Shown here: positions 1-12,223 of the stretch, piece after piece
Layout of the letters: each line of letters opens with the position of its first letter
Numbering within the stretch: the stretch's first letter is position 1
Origin: Eledone cirrhosa
Lineage: Eukaryota
Assembly: GCA_964016885.1 (NCBI GenBank)
Contig: OZ024743.1
Span: forward strand, 159,836,001 to 159,900,000
Length of the DNA: 64,000 nt
Direction of reading: 5' to 3'
Translations under genes and position numbers: made by a program
Notes under the pieces: model-generated
The model's database searches: none
Told to the model about the DNA's origin: nothing
The model's input: the letters and a program-made list of their open reading frames with translations, nothing else

Positions 1-40
1 TTCTTTTTTTTTTTTTTTTTACCTATTTGTTTGTTTGTTT

Positions 41-2423
41 ATTTGTGTTCGTGTACAGCGTGATAGTGCCACACTAAAATCACCGGGGTGATAAAATCAC
101 CGGTGGTTATGTAACCATACATTCACTAATCCTCGATAAGAGTGTTTCAATGTCGAACCTAAACAGTTCGAATAACGGTGAAGTGGAGGCTGGAATGTCA
201 TGTGACAGACTCTCACCCAGCTGGTGCTCCCTGGCTCAGCAGCAGGGACCTGGCTGTTAACCAAATACTGCTGGTGTCGGAGAAAGAAGAAGGAAAGGGA
301 CCAGAACCAACTGGACGAAAGAATTTAATAGAATTGTTATGCAATGTTACCTGAAGAGTAACCCCAAGGAGAAAGGCTATAGGAAACGGATGCATAACAT
401 CTGGAACGAGATTGGTCTATTTAAATTAGATGAACAAAAATTGGCCGGGCAGGCTCGGTTAATAAGAACTAATGGGTGGATAAGCGAGCTGGAACTGGAG
501 GAACTGAACAGAGATTAGGTTGGAAATGGAGAGTGGAGTATGCCAGGAAAACGAGCCAGTGGGAAATGAAGGTGAAGAGGTTGAGAGAACGGAGGAACCA
601 TCCGAAGCAGACAATGATCTGAATGTTGAAATAAATAATACCTGGAACAAAGAGACGGCCATTGAGGAGATGAATGCTGACGGGCTAGGACAAGATTTGG
701 TTGATATCCTAAACTTAGTGGTAGATGAATTGAACAATGATAGTGGGAAACCTATGAACCTAAGATTTGTAGATAGGAAAAAGTTAAAAGAAACAGCAGC
801 TAAGGTAAACAAAGTCATCCCATACCTTGAGGCGAGAAGCCTTCACCAATGCAATAATATCCCCAAAGCAACAGCAAATGCGGTGAGGAAATTATTTGGC
901 ATAAAAGCGAGAGGAAACAACAAACAAGAAAGATCAGAACCTTGGTGGAAGAAACGACTGAATGGTCAAATCGGGGAAATGAGAAATGACATTGGAAAGC
1001 TTGAGTCCCTACTGAATGGGACACTAAAAAACATAGACACTAAAAATAGACTGGAAATAAAGTACAAAACTAAGAGGAAAAAGCTAAATATTATCATAGA
1101 GGAACGGAAGCAAGGCATTGTAGCAAAGAGTGCAACAATTAGGCGATACGAGAACAGAGTCAGTCAGTATAGGCAGAACCGCATGTTTGACAACAACCAG
1201 AAGATGCTGTTTGGACAGCTTGAAGGGAAAGAAAGAGGCAACGACTTGATCCCTGAGGCGGAACAAACTTAGACATTCTGGAGAGGAATATGGGAGCAGG
1301 ATGTTAAACATAATGACCAGGCAGTGTGGATTGAGACAGTACAAAAGGAGATTAGTGAACTGGCACACCCCCGAACTGATTTGAGTATCACAGTTGAAAC
1401 TCTTAAGGGACAGGCCAAAAAACTAACCAACTGGAAATCACCAGACCCAGATGGTGTGCAGGGGTATTGGATTAAACATATAACATCCCTCAACCAGAAA
1501 CTGACAACCATGTTCAATGACTGCTTGATGTCAGGTGAGGTACCAGAGTGGTTGACAAAAGATCCCACAGTTCTGGTAATGAAAGACCGAATCAAGGGTA
1601 ATGATGTTACCAACTATAGACCTATCACATATCTGTCCGTAATGTGGAAACTGTTGACAAGCATTATGTCTGAGGAAATCTACCACACCTCCACACAAAC
1701 AACTTGTTACTGGACGAACAGAAAGGATGCCGAAAGAAGTCCCGTGGTACAAAGGACTAGTTACTTATTGATAAGAAGGTAATGAGGAATTGCAAGAGGA
1801 GACACACTGGTCTTGCCATGGGATGGATAGGCTACAAAAAGGCATTTGACATGGTGCCTCATTCATGGATCACCAAAAGCCTATAGATCTTCAAGGTGAC
1901 AGATAACATCAGACAGTTGTTGGGCAAAAGTATGAAGTCCTGGAAAACAGAGTTAACATCAGCTGGAGAATCCTTGGGAGGTGTGAAGATCAAGAGAGCT
2001 ATCTTACAGGGAGATAGTCTGTCCCCTCTGTTGTTTGTCCTTGCCCTGATGCTCCTGACCATTATAATGCGAAAAATGAGAGCAGCATACAAGTTGGGAA
2101 ACGGAGAGCTTACCATCAATCACCTCCTCTTCATGGACGATCTTAAGCTCTTCGGGAAGAGTGAGAAGGGGTTGGATGTGCATGTTGACACTGTCCGTAT
2201 TTTCAGCAATGATATATGCATGCAATTTGCTATTAGTAAGTGTGTATTCCTTCTGATGAAGAGTGGTAAATTGAGCAGAAGCAACGATACGTCCTGAATA
2301 TCTGAGGCTGCAGGTAGTGGCTTGATATTCATTTAAACAAACTTTTCAGTTAACTAACATCAATGACTGAGACTCAAAGAACAATAATAATAATAATGAT
2401 AATAATAATAATAATAATAATAA
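41..2423 (+). mobile_element. R4/Dong-clade non-LTR retrotransposon, family A; 5'-complete, degenerate, internally deleted (no endonuclease)
   Basis: ORF pieces 520-1272, 1324-1782 and 1896-2297 carry RT motifs (WKSPDPDGV, NYRPITYL, ILQGDSLSPLLF, HLLFMDDLKL) and match the 15411-18002 ORF. The RT joins directly to the 3' end at 2285. 3' UTR is followed by (TAA)n at about 2383-2423. Confidence 0.9.
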
Positions 2424-2701
2424 TGATTTCATTTATTAGCCACAAGTGCCGACATGTAGGGGACAATACAAAGACAGGGACAGTGGGGTTTACAATAAGG
2501 TAGAGTAAAAGTGCACAATGGCAAGACTAATTTAACAATGAAAATATAAAAATATAAAATAAACTATGCATAAATATAACAAAATAAATTCCCCGATAGG
2601 GTGTGGACAACCCTGGGGTGATTCGGGTACCCCACCAATCCTGAACCACCCAGCGATTCTAGGGCACTCAGGAGAGTACCCCTCTCCTCAAGTTAGCCAG
2701 C

Positions 2702-5700
2702 CTATAGGCGCATGGTCAGAGTAGGCCCATTCACACGAGCCATTCTCGCCACATTCACCCACCTTTTAGCTAATGTACTGGGGGGAAGCACTTCTCTCTC
2801 CACCCTCACCCTCCTTTCCAGGTGAAACTTGAAGAAGTTGATGAGGGATTGGCCGAAGAGAAAAGTGTCTGTCTTTAGTCCTTTCAACCTGGTCCACCAT
2901 ATAATCTCTTTCGCAACTGCCACCAGACAGAGGAAAATGTCCTGCTCTTCCTGACCTAAGGAAGGTGGCAGCTCGATCTTCACTATGGACTCGGCCGATA
3001 GCCGGATTCGTTCCACACGCGACAGTAGCTGTTCGACATAACTCCACATATCAGTAATGCACGGACATTGGACAAGTGCGTGCAGAACGGTTTCGCCGTT
3101 CTGTGCGCATCTTGGGCAGGTCTGTCTGACAGCACTTCCGTGCCTGTAGAGTTTATCCCGAACCGGCAGTGCCCCCCGGTAGCACTGCCAAGCTAGGGAT
3201 TTCTGTAAATTGTCCATCGTCCCCGGCTCAAAGGTCCTCCAGTACAGACTGGTCAGTTCGACTTCGTCGAGGCCCAAAGCTTCTCCGAGTGCATCATTGC
3301 ACTTGCCCACCACTAATCCTCTATAGAACTCGAGAGTGGAAGTTCCACTGATCGCATTGCCCGCTTGGTAGAGGGCAGTGAGTGCCTGGCAACATTCCAG
3401 GTGCCAGTCACCCAGTCTCGGTCTCTTCTTGACCCAGGACTGCAGCTCAGTCAAAGAAATGAGCTGTGGAAAGGCCCGTCTGATAAACCGCGACCACACC
3501 TGTTCACCATTGAGGCAGAATATCTGGAGATGTCGCAGCCTCAACGCATGTCTGCGCATCATTAGCCACGGCATGCCCAGCCCTCCGCGAAGAGGGTGCT
3601 GGCAGCAGATGGACCGCCTCACCAACGGAACTTGTCCCCTCCAAAAGAATCTGAAGAGGAGCCGTTCCAACTTGACGAGGCGCGGACGGGGGCAAGGCAC
3701 GACGGTTAGGTGGTAGTAGATGACGGACGCGTTGTACGCATTCGCCACCTCCGCCCGACCTTTCAGTGATAGCATCCTCCCAGCCGATTTTTGGGTGAGA
3801 CTCGCTACTCTGCTCGTTACCTCGTCCCAAGTCTTTTCCACCTGGAGGACTGGTCCGAACCAAATCCCGAGCAACTTTACTGGTCCGTCCTCCAGCGCCC
3901 CACGACGCTGTTGGACGGCATGGGCTTGCCTCTCCAGGCTCCGATCTGCAAGCCCACCGACTTTTCCGGGTTAAGTTTGACCCCTGTCAACCTTTCATAT
4001 TCCTTCATTAAGGTGCCGACCACCTCGATTTCTGAGGTGTTCGACACCATCACGGTGATGTCGTCCGCATAAGCCGACAACGCCTTTCCCCGTCCCGGTT
4101 CAAGCGGGATGCCCTGCAACAGCTCCAGCTTCCGCAGTAAAGGCTCGAGAGTCAATACGTACAGAAGGGAAGAGAGAGGGCACCCTTGACGGACCGATCG
4201 GGAGAGCCGAAATGGTTCCGAGAGGTGGCCATTAACCTTGACCACCGAGTGTGTGCCGCTGTGCATTGCAACGATCCAGCTTCTAAAGACAGGGCCGAAG
4301 CCAGCTGTTTTGAGGACAAACTCCAGATACCGATGGTCGACCTTATCGAATGCTTTCGATTGATCTAAATTGATCAGTGCCCCACCGAAGCCAGTTTTAC
4401 ACCCTACCCCCTCTATGATGTATCGCATGAGGTGGAGATTGTCGTGTATGGACCTGGCTGGGATTGCGCAAGTTTGCGCCTCCCCAACCAAATCCTCGAC
4501 GACAAGCGCCAATCTCTTTGCTAACACCTTGGCCAAAATCTTAAACTCTGTGTTGAGCAGAGTTATGGGCCTGAAGTTGTCTAATGTATCCCTCTTGTTC
4601 TCATCTTTCCTTATCAGCGTCACCACTCCCCTGCTCACAGAACTGGGAATACTCCCATTCTGCTGCCAGTTACAGTAGAGTGCTTCGAGGAGTTCGGAGA
4701 ACAAGTCTGGCATATTTACGTAAAGCTCGTAGGGCAGGCCATCCAAACCGGGTGACTTGCGCCTCATGCAGCCGACAAGGGCGTCTTGAATTTCGGCTGA
4801 AGTAATCGGCCTTTCGCAGCGCTCAGCGTCGACGTCGAGATGCGCGGCAAGCCGTCAAGGTAGGGACTGAAATCCACTATTCTCTCTGACTCGCCACTCT
4901 CCCTGAACAACCGAGCAAAGTGCTGGCGAAAGGCCTCACACATCCGCTTGGAATCGCTTATCTCGTGTCCGTCTCGGTCCGCCAAAGACCGAATTGTGGT
5001 TTTATTACCACGTGGCGCCTCCGCCACGCGGGCCCATCGAACAGCTTTAGTTCCCTCGTTTCTCAGCGCACGCGCCTTAGCTCTGACAATGCAACCTCCG
5101 TGTTTGGCATTGAAGAAATGGTCTAATGCCATTCTCGCCGCTAGCACGTCAGTTGCGATGCCACTACAAATAGCCTCGTCTAACTTATCTACCAGCTCCC
5201 CCTCCTTTCTATTTTTCTCTAACGCTAGTTCTTTGCTGAACTCTATCGAGGTTACTCTAATCTCTCTTTTGAGAGCCCCCCACCATCTGTTGTTGATGAT
5301 CCCCCCTGTCAACTTTTGCTTAACTAACTTGTTGACTCGGTCCCTGTAAGCCCTACGTGCCGGAAATGACATGTTCAGCTCCAGTAACCCGGTCCTAACC
5401 TACGCGTTTTATTTAGGTCGACCGTACAGATCACAAATTTGTGATCTGAATAGGCGACCGTTTTAAAAAGTGGACAGCCCACACTATTTCTATCTATTTT
5501 CCTAATGAAGATTCTGTCTATATACGGTCTAGATGACCCCATTCGGTTGGTCCATGTCCATACTGGCACATTGGGGAAATCTAGTCGATACCTGTCAGAC
5601 AGTTGGAACTGGCTGAGTAGGTGCTTGAGGCTTTTGCACCCCCCGCTCCTATCGGCTACTCCCACACAATCCCAGCGTGCGTCTAACATGCCATTCCAGT

Positions 5701-6121
5701 CCCCCGCTAACAGTAAAGGGCGAGACGTACCCAGAAAGGTCTCCAGGCGGCTAAAGAAGTCAGGTCGTCCGGCCCCTGTGGGGGCGTAGACGGCCAGCAG
5801 TCTAAAGGCACCACCTTCGCTACTGCTCACATCCAAGACCACCAACTTACCGTCCGGGTCCCGGAAGATCGACCTTACCTCGAGATCCAGTCCTTTCCTA
5901 AACAGCACTGCCACCCCACCCCCCATTCCCGGCCTGCTAACAGATGCGAAGATCTGATAGTCGTCGAAAATAGGGGCTAGTGCGCGCGTGTCGGAAATTC
6001 TGGTCTCGCTTATGGCAATCACATCCATTTCCAGCGACCGGTAGTCGTTGAGCAGGCGACCCTGCTTCCAGGATGACCCCAGGCCGCGAACATTTAAACT
6101 TCCTACTCTTAATATGGCCAT
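2702..6121 (-). pseudogene. L1/Tx1 ORF2 (APE endonuclease - RT - zf-RVT) with 3 frameshifts
   Basis: 5375-6121: GSLNVRGL, ISETR, AGDWN, IDRIF, SDH (APE). 3877-4767: KSPGLDGLP, FRPITLLN, DQSKAFD, RQGCPLS, YADD (RT). 2702-3874: CPRC..ETVLHALVQC. The four segments change frame at each junction; GYWS* is GYWKLN with a 1-bp deletion. Confidence 0.9.
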
Positions 6122-6130
6122 ATTGGTAAG

Positions 6131-8018
6131 CTAAGAGAGAGAGAGGGAAGGTTTACTTACCTCCCGGGTCTTGTGAATGACGGGTGGTTCGACCTCCATG
6201 GTTGGTGGGGTTTCTTTTGGGAACCCCTTTAAAAGTCTTGATGTGGGTTTCACATTCGGGTTTCCCACGTCTTGAGGAAAGCTCTCTCGAATTTCTTTGA
6301 AGGAATTGAGTGACATTTGGACCAGAAGCAAATCCTCTGGCTCGCAAAATGCGCTCATTTCAAAAATCTCCCCCTCTGTTTGAATGTCCTCGCTTCGCGC
6401 TAAGAGGGCCATCAGTTTATCGTTGGCCCTTCTGACAAGCACGAAGTTTTTAACATTTTGTTGGTGTGGTTTTATTTGTTTTCGTTTTGGTGAAGGTGGT
6501 GGCGATGGTTTTGGTGGTGTTGTCTCGGGTATGTCTATGTTTGTTGTAGGTGTGGTGTCTGCAATTTCAGGTATTTGTGTGTTTATTTGTACTTGTGTTT
6601 GTTTAGGTTGTTTGCGTTTCGGGGATTGTGGAGGTGGTGTTGATGTTGCTGATGGTGCTGATGTTATTGGGAAGTGTTTGCGTTAGTGGTGTCTGTATTT
6701 TTTGTTATGTGTGTTTTTGTGTTTTGTTGGGGCTTTTTTTTGTGAGTTTTCTCTGTTTTTTTGCACTTTTGGGTTTTCCTTCATCTTCGCTGCTGGAAGA
6801 CAAAGGGTCTGTATCTCTGTGTGTCTCTGTGTCTGTGTGTGCGTTTATTTTTTTTTGTCTATGTGTATAATTGGGGGGGGGGGTAGGGGGAGTGGGAGAG
6901 CTTTCCTCGTTTTCTCCTTGGATTGGTTTTGGTGTTGGTGGTGATCCGGCTGCTTTTGATGTTGGTGTCCGTGTTTTTGTTGATGTTGTTTTTGGTGGTG
7001 GTGGTGGTGCAGCTTTCCGTGCTGACACTGGCGTAGGCAACAAAGGAGGTTTGCGACCCCCTGCATTTTTGCGCTGAGGGCAGAAGGCTTGAAGATGCGT
7101 TGCTTCCCCGCAAACGAAGCAGCGTGGTCTTCTTCCGTCAATCATTAGTTGGATTGTTGTCCCGTCCTGCAGGGGGGCAAAATCTGGGATGTTATTCATA
7201 TCCTCCGCTTTCATTTGGAGAAGAATCTCCAAATCCATTCCGGACCAGTCCTCTCTCTCTCTCTCCTTTTGATGTCCAGGAGGATGGTGTCTGTCCCCTC
7301 CTCGATTACGCATCCCAGCAGCCACCATATGTTCATTCCTGGTGGGATGCTGGGAATGCGTACCTTCACTGTCCTTTTACCCATATAGGACGGATGCATG
7401 ATAATGCGTTCCGTTCTGCAGGGGGTCACCGAGTGCTTAATAGCGAGGGCCTTGGTTTTGAACAGTACCGAGATGGTACCGAACTGTTTGCCTCTTGCTT
7501 TGTACTCTATGTTACTTCCGATGTACTCCAAAGCAGCCTCTACCTCTGCTTGGCTCGCAAGTTCCACTTTTCGTGTCTCCACCGAAATACATCGAAAGAG
7601 CACCGTCCTCCTTTGCATGGCCGCTATTGCCTCGTCCGGGATGGTCAGGTTTGCCCAGGACTTCTCCCGTTTAATTAGCCTCCCACGCTTTGGCCAACTG
7701 TTCGTCTTTATTGCTAATATCAATATCAATATTCAATAAGCGCTTTGTTTTTGCTGCTGCTGCAGCAAATGTGGTGTTTCTGATGCTCTTATTGTTGTTG
7801 TTGTCATTCTTGCTGTTGCCACCGCCATCCTTGTTTACATTGAAGCTGTCGGTGTTATTGTCGTTATTGCTCTGAGTTGTTGTTGTGGTGGTGGTGGTGG
7901 TGGTGGTGGTGGCGGTGGTGGTGATGTCGTTTTCAGATGATACTGCTGCTATGGCAGAAGGTTGTGATGGTAGCTTTTTAGTTTTGCCTTCACATTCAGT
8001 AGAGTGGATGACAGGCAT
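6131..8018 (-). pseudogene. L1/Tx1 ORF1 (gag-like, zinc knuckle), frameshifted
   Basis: CFVCGEATHLQAFC (CX2CX4HX4C) in 6705-7328, possible RRM-like segment in 7211-7729, T/N-rich and P/K/T-rich low-complexity linkers. Ends 10 bp before the ORF2 ATG. Confidence 0.75.
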
Positions 8019-8393
8019 GACTGTAGCAGTCGTAGTCGTGGTGAAAGCTGCAGTGGCTGCCTTTAAACTTTTGACCTGAACGTTTCTTTACCGTTTCAAG
8101 GTCGAACATTTCCATAATTTTCTTTTGGTGGGGAAGCGATTTTTTTCGAAGTTTTTAAAAAATAAATCTGAATATTCGGGCTTAAAGCCCGAATATTGAG
8201 AGGTATCCCTCTCTTTAAATCAAGATGTGTACCTTAAGTTTCGTTAATGACAAGACAATACCAAAAAAAGACACTTTAAAACAGCTTAAAGCTACGAACC
8301 TTTTCCCCCGCAGACTTGTCTGTCTTCACACATAATAATAATAATAATAGTAATAATAATATATATATATATGTGTGTGGGTGTGTGTGAGTG

Positions 8394-8500
<107 letters not shown>

Positions 8501-8701
8501 ATATATGCATACATACATATATATGTATGTGTATATATATATATGTATATACACTCAGATGTGAGAACCCCTCCCCCCATCTCAGTTCTGATTTTGAAAA
8601 GCACAAGAACTGCGAAACCGTTAAAGAAACCGAATAAATATATTTATAAAAAAAAGTCTCCAGTTGCATTTCGATTTCATCTTTTTTCCTAATATATATA
8701 T

Positions 8702-8897
8702 TGACAATATGTGAACAACCGTCCGGTTATGGAACTAACCAACCAACCGGAAATTTATAAATTCTTAAATTTATAAATTTAATTTATAATAAATTGGAGT
8801 GAAAGCAATTATAAATTAAATTTATAAATTTAAGAATTTATAAATTTCCGGTTGGTTGGTTAGTTCCACAACCGGACGGTTGTTCACATATTGTCAA
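8702..8897. repeat. Inverted repeat at the PLE 3' end (about 80-bp arms)
   Basis: tgacaatatgtgaacaaccgtccgg...ataat (8702-8790) is the reverse complement of attat...ggttgttcacatattgtca (8809-8896). Confidence 0.9.
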
Positions 8898-10925
8898 AGT
8901 TCTTTCGTCACACATTATGTGACCTCTTCAGTGACTGGGGGTTCTTTTCTTTGTTTATGTGCCTCTCCTTTGTTCTGTCCTACGCCATCTGGTTTTTGTG
9001 TGTGTTGCGTGCTTAGTTTGCGCTTGTGTTACATCCGGGTGTCTGTGTGTGTTTATATTTATTTATTTATTTGTTTATTTACATGTTACTGGTTGGTTGT
9101 TTGTTCTATGCGTGTGTGTGTTTTCATTTTGTCCTTAATTGTAAGTTGTGATGTTGCTATGCCATTCATGTTTTCTATTTAATTTTGGTTGGAGTTCATT
9201 TATGTTTATCACCTCTGTGATTTGTCTAAACATTGCGTCCTTTCTGTGTGTAGATTTTATTTTTATTTCTATGTTCTCTAATTTGCCCTTATGTTCTATT
9301 TTAGCATGTTGGTGGAGTATTGATGATTCTTTTTAATCTGAAGTTCTCGCCAGTGTTCATTTAACCGTTCTCCTATACTACGAGCTGTCTCACCTATGAA
9401 CACTATATTCTTATCTCTACATTGTCATTCAGTACATCTTATGCTATATACTACATTTCTAGTTTTACAGTTAATATGTTAATTAGTTTACAGATTATGC
9501 ATGTCTTATCTATACAGGGAGGTCTTTGAAAAGAGTATGTATTGCTAATAAGTGTTTTTATGGAGGTACCTGGTCTTTCTACTATTTTAATATTAAGTTT
9601 ATGTTTATCTAGGGCCCTTTTAAATGTGTAACTAATTCACCTCTAGGGGTTTTATTGATGAACATTACACTCTGGTATTTATTGCTATCATACCATGAGT
9701 TTATTCTATTAACCTTATTCCTAGTTCTTTCTATTCTATTCCAAAATGTGCTCTTATACAAGGGGCAGGTCCCATTTGAATCATTATTTACCATTTTTTC
9801 CTATTTGGTTCTGGCTCCTCTATATACTCTGATTTTATCTCTCTGATTGTAACCAGAGAACTGCATACGGTGGATGAAGTGTTGTATGTGTATCTCTAGC
9901 TCCTTGGGGTTGCACATGCGGGACACGTTTCTCATCACCCGTACCAAATCCACAATCAGTATGTTGATTTTCGTGTGATCCGAAACAGCTGAGTTTCGGT
10001 GGATCAGATATTTGGAAGTCATGGATTTGGCATAATGGGAATGGAGGATTTGTTTCTTGTTATTAATGGTTTCTAACCAGAGCTCTGTGTCTAGTGCAGG
10101 TAATCGATGGTTGGGTGTTTGCTTGGGTAGTCTATAGTAACTCTAATACTCTGGTGGATGGAGTTAGTTATTTGCTGGTTGCTTTCCATGGTGTTTTTCT
10201 CTAATTGCTAACTGTTCTCTAGTGGGGGTGTTTTTACTACGATGTTTATATCATCAAAGTTGCGGGAGTACATCGTCAGGGTTAAGAGGTTGCTGTCTTC
10301 TGATTGTTCTTTAAGTTTAAGTTTAAGTTTATTGTCCCACCATACCATGAATAGGTTAGCTATGTCACCTGCAATGCTAACACCAATAGCTGCTCCCTCC
10401 TCTTGGGCATATGTTTTTCCATTAAATTTGAACATATGTTCCTTAAGGGTTAATTTTATACTGGCCACCACAGCATGTTCTTTAGTTCATAGTCTTTAGT
10501 TCATTTTCTTTAGTTCATAGTGGTTTTCGGGGGTCCGTATGGCTCTGGTCCATCCGTTCCATCTTTCTGTGTGGGTTTTCTTGGCCATTGAGGTTATGGT
10601 AGGTGGTCTGCCTCTTGCTGGTCTTGTAGGGCACAGGTTGCTAAGGTCATATGTTTTTAGATAATCATTACTATAGGTAAGTTTACGTAGGAGTCCCACG
10701 GAATTCACCATTGCTCTCACTGATCATTTCTACGCATTTCTCCACAGAAAAGTCCACGTCAATGGATGGATATAGGGACACAACATCCATACTACCTATT
10801 ATTGGGTTTGTGAGGTCCCTAGATCGGTTAATTTCGCTGATTCTGCTGAGGAGGTTCTCCGTGCTGTCACATATATCTGGGGACATTTCAATGATGGGGC
10901 GTATGATCAGGGAGAAGAAGTAGAA
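8808..10925 (-). mobile_element. Penelope-like element (Neptune-like), 5'-truncated and degenerate; RT plus C-terminal GIY-YIG
   Basis: RT fragments GSMDVVSLYPSID, FKFNGKTYAQEEGAAIG, YSRNFDDI, SMTSKYLIHRNSAVS. Manual translation of 9350-9520 gives PCIDKTCIIC...NVVYSIRCTE*QC..VFIGETARSIGERLNEH (Cys linker plus GIY-YIG). Clade assignment is from recalled motifs. Confidence 0.85.
8893..8935 (-). ncRNA. Type I hammerhead ribozyme (PLE pLTR)
   Basis: Minus strand GUCA-CUGAAGA-g-GUCAC-auaaugu-GUGAC-GAAAG-aa-CUU/UGAC. Canonical core, stem I GUCA/UGAC, 5-bp stem II, minimal stem III. Confidence 0.75.
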
Positions 10926-11302
10926 GTCTGTCGTTACTAGCAATGTTAGCTCCACAGACGGGCCGTGTTGGTGATCCTGTGACAGGGTCACTGCTCGTTT
11001 TATATATTTACTCTACGGTGCTGAGATCGAGGTGAACACAAATCATGAGAGTACATAATGCATGGGGAGACGTAGAATGGGTATAGAGATATGTAACATC
11101 CCGACTGAGACACCGAGCATTTTCGGCTTGTGCAACACACCAGATGAAACCGTTTGTGCCGCAGTCGTGAGTTTATTTTCCCCCCACCATTCTGTCTTAC
11201 ACACACACAAACTCTCTCTCGCTATATATATATATATATAAATATAAATATATATAAATATAAATATATAAAAATATATATATATATATATATATATAAG
11301 AG

Positions 11303-12223
11303 AGATATATTTTAATTTTAATTATATCTCATATAAAATAATACAACTGGCTTTCCACAAAATACATATAGTTAGCACCCCAAACACAAAATTGGGATTA
11401 TACTAACGAATACCCTAATGTTTGTTGAGTGAGATAGTTGTCAGTCAGAGTTTAGCTTAAAGCTTTCTCTGTTATTGTGTTAAATATTTTACTCTTGATT
11501 TGGCCAGAGAATTTTATTTCCATATACCTTTTAAACTAACTTTCCATATTTATTACTGTTATGAGATATTGTCTGTTATCTAGGTATCATTTCTCTGTAT
11601 TTAGCCTAAGAAAATATATATATGCGTGTGTAATTAATACATGCATACATTTATTTTTTAAAATTAATTGAGTTCTTAACACGCAGGATTGATAATGTTT
11701 TTGAAAAAACTAATTAACCCACGTGTATATTATTTTACTTTTCTTATGACTCTCGATTGCCGCCCTTTTCCGCTTCCTGACGCTATGATATTTCCTCAGT
11801 CTAAAGACTGCTGGAATTTCAAATTTGGCGGTCATTTGATGCGTGAAGGGACGACTTAGCGGACACGAAAAGTAACTGCGGTAAGAAATTTTTTCTTATA
11901 TCAAAGTTTAATGGGCATCCACTGATGATTTATAAGTGCCCACGTACATATATTCTTACAGAAAAATATGTCAGGCTTCTACATGAACTGGAAACATTCT
12001 CCCAACTTGTAGAAAACTTATAATGAAACAATTGTTTGGAAAGATAGATATATTTTAATTTTAATTATATCTCATATAAAATAATACAACTGGCTTTCCA
12101 CAAAATACATATAGTTAGCACCTCAAACACAAAATTGGGATTATACTAACGTATACCCTAATGTTTGTTGAGTGAGATGGTTGCCAGTCAGAGTTTAGCT
12201 TAAAGCTTCCTCTGTTATTGTGT

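Larger units (their letters stand above)
2424..8331 (-). mobile_element. L1/Tx1-clade LINE, near full length, frameshifted
   Basis: ORF1 with CCHC knuckle, then ORF2 with APE endonuclease, RT and C-terminal zinc-finger. AATAAA and (TTA)n at the 3' end; (TAA)n on both flanks (2383-2423, 8332-8360). Confidence 0.92.

Noticed and set aside
218-276. Possible HDV-like ribozyme near the Dong 5' end (stems cagctgg/ctggctg, tccctg/caggga, cagcag/ctgctg)
   Set aside because: I could not fit the nested double-pseudoknot order or the catalytic C, and the segment lies within probable coding sequence.
3169-7678. Plus-strand ORFs overlapping the Tx1 element
   Set aside because: Antisense shadows of GC-richer coding sequence with no recognisable motifs.
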